Positions 55,820 through 64,000 of a DNA stretch of 64,000 nucleotides are shown piece by piece. Made by a program: the position numbers and the translations under genes. The stretch covers positions 1-64,000 of the forward strand of contig JAUCBJ010007525.1 of assembly GCA_032718475.1 (NCBI GenBank), given 5' to 3'. Every line of letters starts with the position of its first letter. Positions within the stretch are counted from its first letter, which is position 1. The notes beneath the pieces are model-generated. The model was not told where the DNA came from, made no database searches, and saw only the letters and a list, made by a program, of their open reading frames with translations. This DNA is from Nemertoderma westbladi (lineage: Eukaryota; Animalia; Xenacoelomorpha).

Positions 55820-56419
55820 ATGGATAATATTATTTTTGTTGATTTTCAATATTATAAGATAGACAATAAAGAGTATCCGGTAGTATTTAAAGAATTTGCT
55901 ATTTTCGATTCTAATTACACCAAAACTAATATAAAGACGTTTTTAATTAAAGGCCCACCTAATATTAAATTATCAGCATTAGATGCAGCCCACGTAAACA
56001 ATTTACGGGATATGACTTCTCACTTGCCCTGGAACTATGGAGACATTTCGCAAGACGACTTTAAAAAATATATGAAGAGACATTTAAAATATAAAAAAAA
56101 TATTCATGTATTTGGGTTGATGAAGCGGGCAATATTAGTTTCCCAACTCGATGTTCTCGAGCCAAATTCGGTGGAGAAATTGGGAATATATAAGCAATAT
56201 CATGATTATTTAACGCCTTGTCGATTTCACGACCGATTCACTACAGTGGAAAGTAAATGCACGTTCCACTTAAACATAAGGGATAACTGTCTGCGATACT
56301 GCTCAGCAAAACACGTTGGGGGGTTTGAGGCTCTACACTTTTTCATGAGAAAGCGTTTAACTGCGACTGATGATGATGATAAACAGAAAGAAATAACTGC
56401 GGTGGAAGATGTACTGTAG
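55820..56419 (+). CDS. DnaQ/Maelstrom-like fold protein (tentative)
   Basis: FVDFQ..FKEFAI, HLPWNYGDI, IHVFG, C-terminal C.FH..CSAKHV. Confidence 0.5.
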   Translation: MDNIIFVDFQYYKIDNKEYPVVFKEFAIFDSNYTKTNIKTFLIKGPPNIKLSALDAAHVNNLRDMTSHLPWNYGDISQDDFKKYMKRHLKYKKNIHVFGLMKRAILVSQLDVLEPNSVEKLGIYKQYHDYLTPCRFHDRFTTVESKCTFHLNIRDNCLRYCSAKHVGGFEALHFFMRKRLTATDDDDKQKEITAVEDVL

Positions 56420-56788
56420 GTTTACTCTAAGCATGTAATGTGATGGGATAATATAATTTTATTTTGGTGATGATCTTGATGTTAATATAAAAATATAATA
56501 AAATATAATTTTTTTTACAACAAGTTCTCTAAAAGAGTCAATCGTGGTAGGTTAACCATGCACATTTAACAATATGACGTAGACGTAACATGTACAGTAA
56601 GTATTCTCGATATCGTTCTAATATAGATATACTGGTATTGCGAAACATCCTATACATCGCAAACTAATAACACATACAGTAGTTGACTAGTAATATTAGT
56701 CAGAAATGCAACATAAACTGTATAGGATGTAGTGTTAACCTGTTGGTACCGGTACTGATAAATTCAATAATTTATTATAAGCCTAACC

Positions 56789-57570
56789 ACAACTGTCATC
56801 CGCTTTATCAGTACCGGTAGTGTTTTACTCTTCCAACACTGTAGTCACAGTCTACTGGTATCAGTACAGCAGTAATCTGAAGCAATAGCATACTGCTGAC
56901 ATGATCTGGATTACACGCAGGAGTCTCTCATATAGGGATTAGATCACCTATCCAAACAATACAGTACTGCAGTACTGTCGTTGTTCTTGATGTAACAGCA
57001 TAATCAGATAGAGCATACTGATTTCCTTTGATTAGCATTGTACCGCAGTACCAGTACTACAGTATTAATGTAACAGTACCCGCAGTAACAAACTAGGCTA
57101 ATGTATACAATATCGTGAGTCAGTTACAATCAGATGTGTACGCAGTCAGCCACACTGCGAGGGATGTGGTCAACCTCGCAACTCCTATCCACAACTGTCA
57201 TCCATTTTATCAGTAGAGCAGTAATCTGATGTAATAACATTTGTTTTTTTTTTCAACTATAAGGATACTGCTGTCTACCCAACCTTGATTAGCATACTGC
57301 TGTCATAACCTAGAAGGGACGCGTAGCTCTCACATATAGGGATTAGATCACCTACCCAAACAATATAGTACTGCAGTACTGTCGCTGTTCTTGATGTAAC
57401 AGTATAGTCAGATAGAGCATGCTGATTTCCTTTAATTAGCATTGTACTGCAGTACGGTACCGGTACCACAGTATTAATGTAACAGTACCCGCAGTAACAA
57501 ACTGAGTCAATGTATACATTATCGTGAGCCAGTTACAATCGGATGTGCGCGCAGTCAGCCACACTGCTGG
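56789..57570. repeat. ~400-bp dispersed duplication in the Polinton central non-coding region
   Basis: CACAACTGTCATCC..ATAGGGATTAGATCACC..GTAACAGTACCCGCAGTAACAAACT..GCAGTCAGCCACACTGC present twice. Confidence 0.8.
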
Positions 57571-57606
57571 GAAACGATCCACCTTGCAGCTGTCTAGCCA
57601 CCCTCA

Positions 57607-57745
57607 CAGTCAGCCTCGCGGCACGCAGTCAACCTCGCAGTCAGCCTCGCGGCATGCAGTCAGCCTCGCGGCACGCAGTCAGCCTCGTGGTCAGTCATGT
57701 AGTCAGCCTCGCGGCACGCAGCCAGCCACGCAGCTAGGCACGTAG
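57607..57745. repeat. GC-rich ~19-bp tandem repeat
   Basis: GCAGTCAGCCTCGCGGCAC units. Confidence 0.8.
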
Positions 57746-57843
57746 TCAACCCGTGAGAGTCATGCTTATTCAAACGAGGTTAGTTTTCCCTAACTATTGA
57801 TTGATTGATTGATTGAAAAATAATAATGTTTAATTTTCACCTT

Positions 57844-58389
57844 CTAATCACCAACACCTAAAGTCACAACACCAAACATTAATAAATAATTAACAAGTTT
57901 ACTAAATATAGGGTAATAAATGTGAAATTTGCTAGGTGAACACATTAAAGTACATTTACCGGTATGAAAGCAGCAAATGACTACGGTATTATTTATTCTT
58001 ATTTTGCAATTATTAAAAATTTCAGGTTCATATATAACTTGAAGTTGCACATTATCAAAGACAACATAAAACCCTGTATTGTTTATCAATAACCTATAGA
58101 CTACAGACTTAATACTAAAAATATAAGTACATAAATTAACAGATTTTAAAATCAAATTAATACTAGTTTTATCAAATATATGTTTTTTTACTTTTTGGAA
58201 ATTATACTTACTGCCTAATAATGTAATACGACCATTTTTAAATATTAATAATGTGGCACCAAATATCTTATATATAAACTGATTTGGTTTGAGTATGTGT
58301 TTACCAGATAATTGATTTTTTAATTCTTTCAAATTAATTGCTGACACTTGCTGGCAACTTACATTCTTATTGACTATCTGATAGTTCAT
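57844..58389 (-). CDS. TATA-binding-protein-like protein (181 aa)
   Basis: Two TBP-like repeats: IVN..S..INL..L / LLIFKNGRITLLG and YEPEIF / CFHTGKCTL; overlaps the pPolB stop. Confidence 0.7.
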   Translation of the reverse strand: MNYQIVNKNVSCQQVSAINLKELKNQLSGKHILKPNQFIYKIFGATLLIFKNGRITLLGSKYNFQKVKKHIFDKTSINLILKSVNLCTYIFSIKSVVYRLLINNTGFYVVFDNVQLQVIYEPEIFNNCKIRINNTVVICCFHTGKCTLMCSPSKFHIYYPIFSKLVNYLLMFGVVTLGVGD

Positions 58390-61300
58390 TGTTTGGTTCC
58401 CGATAAATTGGTATATTGTTTTTTTTCATAGGTTTTTCGACCTTTGTTTGATAGTGACCCCAGGGAAGCGAATGATTATTATTAACCCAATAAAGTTTAT
58501 CATCAAATGCGCTGAGAGCAAACTTGTCTCGTGCTATAGTATACACTTTGTGAAATTTACTCTGAAATTGATGTGTTTCCTTGGAAATTTCTTCGTTATC
58601 GTAATATGCCCTCAAATAATCTTCGTGACAAATATTTTTATCCACGACAGCTCTTGTTATTCCTTTTGCCCGTTGTATATTGGAATCATTCCATTCTAAA
58701 ATTGAATATAATTTTGGTCTTAAAAATACCGCTTGTTTAATATCTCGTGAGGCTAGTTCGTCTTTACAGTAATAGAGCCTGGATTTATTTTTATCGCTGT
58801 AGAGAGGGTGATCCTTGGGGTAATTGGATGTATCTAGAATATTATTTTTAATTAAGGCTTTTAAAAAATTATTCTGCGATGTATTATAGTAACAACCCAT
58901 TAAAGAGTCCGTGTCTGATGCTACAATTTCAATTCGGCAGTTTAATTCTTTCTCAATAGGTAGCAATTTATCGTAATACAGCTGATACATATCCAATTTA
59001 GCCAAGTCCAAGACAGTACTACCTATATAGACCGGCTTATCGAGAGTTACAGAGTCTTTTACTAATAAATGTCCCGATAAGGAATCGTTATAAATCATGA
59101 AATTTTCATGATTTATTCGTTTGACTAATTGGTCACATTTTTCTTTACTATTAGCGATACGAAAGTTGCATCGGTCCCTTATCTTCTCTATCGTTTTTCC
59201 AAATAAAGAATTGTTCAGCAATTTCGCGACAGCTGTTTCAATATAACTTTTTGCTAGCCGCCTTTGATTAATATTAAAATCTATATAGGGTTTAAATACA
59301 AAGTCTTGATGGAAAGAATATAATTTATGGAGCTTAGTAACAATTAAACCTTGTTTTATATAAAATTTTAACAGTTTTAAATTTACATGATAGAATTCTT
59401 TATCGAATTGTGTCAACATAAGTTTCGGTGCACACATCTTATACTTGCTATTAGTGCCTCTTTGTTTACAAACATTGTTAAATTGTTCCCTCATATAAGG
59501 TGAAAGCATTGTCTCATTTATACTTAAATGTTCTGGAGCTAAGGGTAGTTCTAATGTACGATCGTGAATATCTTTGGGATATTTCAAATCGCAAATTAAG
59601 AAAAACCCAATATCACCTTCAGTATCAAGATTTGTTAAATATTTTATCAGTTCTTCTGGAGCAGCATTCTCTAAATATGTAACGTTGACTTGTTCAAAAC
59701 CTGAAACAGGTAGCTTTTTACTTAAATTACCAGAATACAAGGAATTAAAATCTATATTGAAAATATGACACTCTTCCTTGCTTGGATCATAATTATCAGT
59801 ATCTGGTATATTTGATTCTATGTAATGCTTTCGACAGAATGAAACCCCTCCTCTAATAGATGCTTCAAAATCTCTATATGATTGGTAATCTTTTATTAAT
59901 GTTAACTTACATTTATTGTATTTCAGGGCGCAATCATAAGTGAAAGCTGCGATACTGCAATAATAAACTACTTCTAATTCGTAGTTTTGTCTACACACTC
60001 TCCTAAAGTTCTCAAATATATCAGCGAGGAGACAAAAATCGAGTTTTAAGTATGCTAAAAGATAATCCTTGAGATTCACACAGTCAAACTGACTCCATGA
60101 TGCGTTGGCAAAACTATATTCCTCGGGTGTACAGGTATTTTGTGTTAATTTACTATAAAATTTGTCTATTGATGGTAATTTCGAATCATTGAATTTATTT
60201 AAATCTGTCAGATACTCGTAGGGAAATATACCTTTTCGTTTAATTGTTGCATTATTTAAATTTGGATAAAAATATTTCATTTGCTGTTCAGTAATTGGTA
60301 GAACTGATGTTATATCCTCGCTGTCTATATCCTTTGTTGAACAATCAACTAAAGTACTTAGGGAAAAGGATAAAAATTGATATGTGTCTAAGACACGTAG
60401 CTCGATCTTAGTTTTTTCATCTTTCACTGGTATATGCATGCTTAGTGAAATATACCTTTCAGAATTTTTAGGGATTACCTTTATATCCCAATCGGAATAT
60501 TTATTATTGCTAAAACCAACTTGCAAAAGAAAATGCAAATCGTAGAGATTGCAGTTGTGTGCAGCGAGTATATACATGTGTCGTTTCAACGATAAAGAGC
60601 GGTTACATGCGTTACAAGCGGCCGCTATATAGTTACCAGTAATATGTGAGTGATGTTTGTTTTTCTCAGACTTATCCTTAAATAAAACATTGCAATAAAA
60701 GCAAGTTTTAGCTTTCCAAAAACTTAACTTATCTGCATCATTAAGTATCATTCTCTCTCTTGTGTGGTCTTCCGACCACTTATACTACTACTACTACTAG
60801 GATCGGCATGCTGCATTGCAGCTGCATTTTTAAGAATGCTGTGCCGGCTTGTCAACAAAATTGCACCCCCACAACTCCCTATCACCCATGACATTTGCTA
60901 GATCATCCGCATCTTTAAGGCCAGTGTCCTTTAAGATGCGTCTCAAGAAAGTCATGGGCTGTCCACCATGCTTATTCACTCCATGAGGCTGCCAAAGTAC
61001 AAGATTATGCACTGGCTGGTCCTCACGGCGAAAGCAATGTCCTGCAAAGCAGACCACTTATATAATTGGGTGATGTCATTATATACAGAGTCTAAAAAGT
61101 CTTGAATACAGTTGTTGTCGATTGTTTTTGTAAAGGTCTTCAAATAAAATTTTGGTGGATTAATTCGGCACTAGGAACAATTAAATAACTTACAGCGCAT
61201 GGAATATGATTCTGAATAAATTTACTGTTGGTGGCTGGCTCCAAAATAGATTCTATATCAAAATATATTACAAACAATGCTGGTAATGTTCTGTCTAAAT

Positions 61301-62663
61301 TTCTAAAGCTAATGTGAGTTCTTTTTTCAGATGGTAGCTTCTCAACTTGACTTTTTCCTCGATAACAAACAAGACGGTGACGTTCTAGAACATCATTGGT
61401 GTAGAAAGGCGCCAAACACCGTTCACAATATTTCCTACCACAAGTATGAAGAGCTCTCGTATTCATCAAACGATTCAAGTTAGTTATGCAAACATAATGT
61501 GATTGTTTACTCGTATTCTTATTTTTTACAAGTAATATATTCAATAACTCTTTATCTGGAGTGATTTTACTAAATGGTGCCTGTCTTAATATAGATACTC
61601 GATTGTTGTTGTAGAGTAATAAATTAATTATATATGCTGAATTCTGTTTTTCAAAAAGTTTAATTGCAAGCTGCCATTCTGTTGGATAATCTTTGTTCCC
61701 ATTGTCAAAAATAAAATGACACATATAATTTTTGTACTGCGAAGTACGATATTTGTTGTTCTTCACTTTGCTACTAAATTTTGTAGCTATAATTGCCCAT
61801 TTAAAACAATCATTATCAGCCGTTTGTATATTTATAACACATTTTTTAACTGATAGAGCCTTAGGTAACTCCATATAACCGTGTCCCTTATATAGTAACG
61901 ACCTACACTTGGATTCAGCTACTTTAATTTCAACCCTTAATAAAGATTTAACACGCCACCCTGAGCCACGAGTGTTAAACATGGCTATTTTTTGCATTAA
62001 TTTTTCTAATACATACTCAAACCATGTGTCAAAACTTTCATGTGAATCTACGGTATTAACTGCACCACCTGAAGAACTAAAATAGAAAGCTTCTTCTTGA
62101 TCACCCTCTGAAAAATGTGATCGATACATGAGTATATTCACACCTAGCCAGGGTCTAAGTACATTCATTTCGCTAAGTTTTCCTAATAATAAAGTTTGGA
62201 TGTGAGGTAGAATTTTAATTAATGATGAATGAATATCAGGAAAATCTTCATCATTTGGAAGATTGTAAACATAGATTTCTAAACGGTTATCGTGTGCGGC
62301 TCGTTCAATGTTAAAAATTGATGAACCTTGACCAGATTTCAGTCTTTTTCTAGATACGATAGTATTGTTTTGGTTCCGTTGTGGTGGTGGTCTAACATGA
62401 TAATAACGTTGGTGACAGTCGTGACGTAAGTAATTCTCATATAAATACTCTTTATTACAAGTAGGGCAAGTTTTTTCATACACGCAAAACTTCATTTCTT
62501 TACATCCTGTAGTCGTTTCATGTCGTTTACATATTTCTTCACGTGAACATTTCACTCGACAATTAAAACAATTGTATTCTTCAAAATGAGATTTCACATG
62601 TGTTAAATAATTTCGTTTAGAAATTTGAAGAGGACAAAATGGACATTTCAATTGTTTATCCAT
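58367..62663 (-). pseudogene. pPolB: Protein-primed family B DNA polymerase, broken by a frameshift (~61140) and a LINE insertion
   Basis: N-part: C2H2 fingers, RGSGW, DCFKWAI, YFDIES. C-part: endonuclease VII-like C..C/HSHITG..CN, AHN..YD, KGIFPYEY, DFNSLY, KLLNNSLFGK, SDTDS, RAKG. Confidence 0.93.
60785..61051 (-). mobile_element. 5'-truncated RTE-group LINE insertion
   Basis: 11-bp TSD GACCACTTATA (60774-60784, 61052-61062); (TAG)n tail; encodes FAGHCFR..LWQPHG..DTG..M.DR.LW C-terminus. Confidence 0.88.
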
Positions 62664-63221
62664 CTCTTTATTATCCTAAAAACAATTTAAAATTAATATG
62701 AATATTGTTATATATATAATCAAAAAAATTCATAAGCTACTCAACACAAATAAAATATAATATCTAAACTTTAATTAATTTAATATTTTCAGAATGAGCT
62801 CGAATGAATCAGTTGAGCTCTTTATATATATATATATATTTCAAGTTTCTACTTATACCAACCAATCATAAATAACAGTTACATTGGAAACTAATATCAT
62901 AAATAAAGTTGCTTTTACAACTGAATTCTTTATAATAAAATCAAGTCTAAACCAAGATGTGTATAATGCGTTTTTAATTTTCATTGATAAAGTAGGTTTT
63001 ACATGCAAATGTTTTATTATGGTGGTGTAAACTCATGCATTTACATGCGAATGTTTTATTCCTAATCCCGTGCTCACATTAAATATAAACTATCACCAAT
63101 ATTTACTCAATAAAGTCACCTTTACATGCAAATACTTAATAATAATCACGCTTTGTGATAAAAAGTTACCTTTACAAGTCAGTGTGAAACTGAAAAAGAA
63201 AAGTCTCTAGTTAATAATAAA

Positions 63222-63932
63222 TCAATCTGATACTGTTTTTATATGTTCCTTATTGTAATCTGCTACCTCTTCACTTGCTTTTGTAACTTTTATTTTCTTT
63301 GTAGGTATAGAATCATTGTTGGGAATGGAAGATGTTTGAGATGTAGATCTGCGCTTTCTATCACTCGAGGTCTCTTCGATGTATGTCTTTGGATTAAATG
63401 TGGATGAAACTACTTCTGGAAATGACTTATTAACCTTAAACTTCCAAGTTGGTGGATATAGAATCGCGAAACCGTCTGCTATATCAGTTGATGAAACATT
63501 TAACATCATATCGTAGAGAAACTCTATATATGGTATGTCTTTATCGTAATGTAACTGTAAATATTTGCTTTCCTTGTCTGTAATAATTACTTTTTTTTCT
63601 TGTACATTTATTTTTACTTTAAGTCGGTCAGATAAAGCTTTATCGTCCGTATCTAGCTCTGAAAAGACACCTTCGTTACTAATTTCATAATTCCATTCAT
63701 ACCACAATGAATTTACTTCCGATGCTGTTAAGTTAAACCCATTATAATACCTAAGACCAATAGCATCAGAATATCTAGCTGAAATCTCCCATAGTCCCAT
63801 ATAAGTCGCTCCTTTATATTTGCTTACAAAACCAACAAAAGATGGGTTGGTTAAATTAACAACAGAACACTGATTTATTATTTCGAGTGGTGGTGATAAC
63901 AATTCTAATATTTCTGTCTTACTCTGAAGCAA
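63222..63932 (-). CDS. Polinton hypothetical protein, possible PC4-like ssDNA-binding domain
   Basis: 236 open codons (TTG start, true start uncertain); VSKYKGATYMGLWE..GFNLTASEVNSL resembles the PC4 pattern. Confidence 0.45.
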   Translation of the reverse strand: MLQSKTEILELLSPPLEIINQCSVVNLTNPSFVGFVSKYKGATYMGLWEISARYSDAIGLRYYNGFNLTASEVNSLWYEWNYEISNEGVFSELDTDDKALSDRLKVKINVQEKKVIITDKESKYLQLHYDKDIPYIEFLYDMMLNVSSTDIADGFAILYPPTWKFKVNKSFPEVVSSTFNPKTYIEETSSDRKRRSTSQTSSIPNNDSIPTKKIKVTKASEEVADYNKEHIKTVSD

Positions 63933-64000
63933 TAAATTAATGAGTGATTTGTTTAGAATTTGACATTTGCCTTGCTTCTGAATATATACGTTTTCAGTAA

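Larger units (their letters stand above)
46962..64000. mobile_element. Polinton/Maverick (adintovirus-like endogenous virus); right end outside window
   Basis: AGTAGTAGT terminus exactly where Gypsy LTR homology stops; ATPase, integrase, minor and major capsid, adenain protease and pPolB genes. Confidence 0.95.

Overview
Eukaryotic (probably invertebrate animal) AT-rich DNA made almost entirely of nested mobile elements; I found no conventional host gene. Left to right: a tRNA-derived SINE remnant; decayed CR1-group LINE ORF2 (-); a palindromic piggyBac-type end; and a near-intact 20.3-kb BEL/Pao LTR retrotransposon (9149-29501). Next come a LINE ORF1 split by a piggyBac-like element that holds an EnSpm/CMC-like element with an in-frame 4-exon gene; tandem repeats; a decayed Polinton remnant (-); and a Mag-like Gypsy element (-). 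Last is a Polinton/Maverick (46962 to beyond the window end) inserted into the Gypsy LTR. It carries ATPase, integrase, two pentons, major capsid, protease, an interrupted pPolB, and TBP-like, Maelstrom-like, RING and PC4-like accessory genes. The most unusual system is the BEL element. (i) Its env position holds a 1417-codon ORF with a WRN/EXD-type DEDD exonuclease-like domain, three CCHC knuckles and a basic tail. (ii) A ~1-kb hairpin array with compensatory changes lies between pol and that ORF. (iii) It has no tRNA PBS; instead the 11 nt abutting the 5' LTR are the exact complement of an 11-mer inside the LTR, as in Tf1-type self-priming. All family assignments are from motif recognition by eye; no searches were run.
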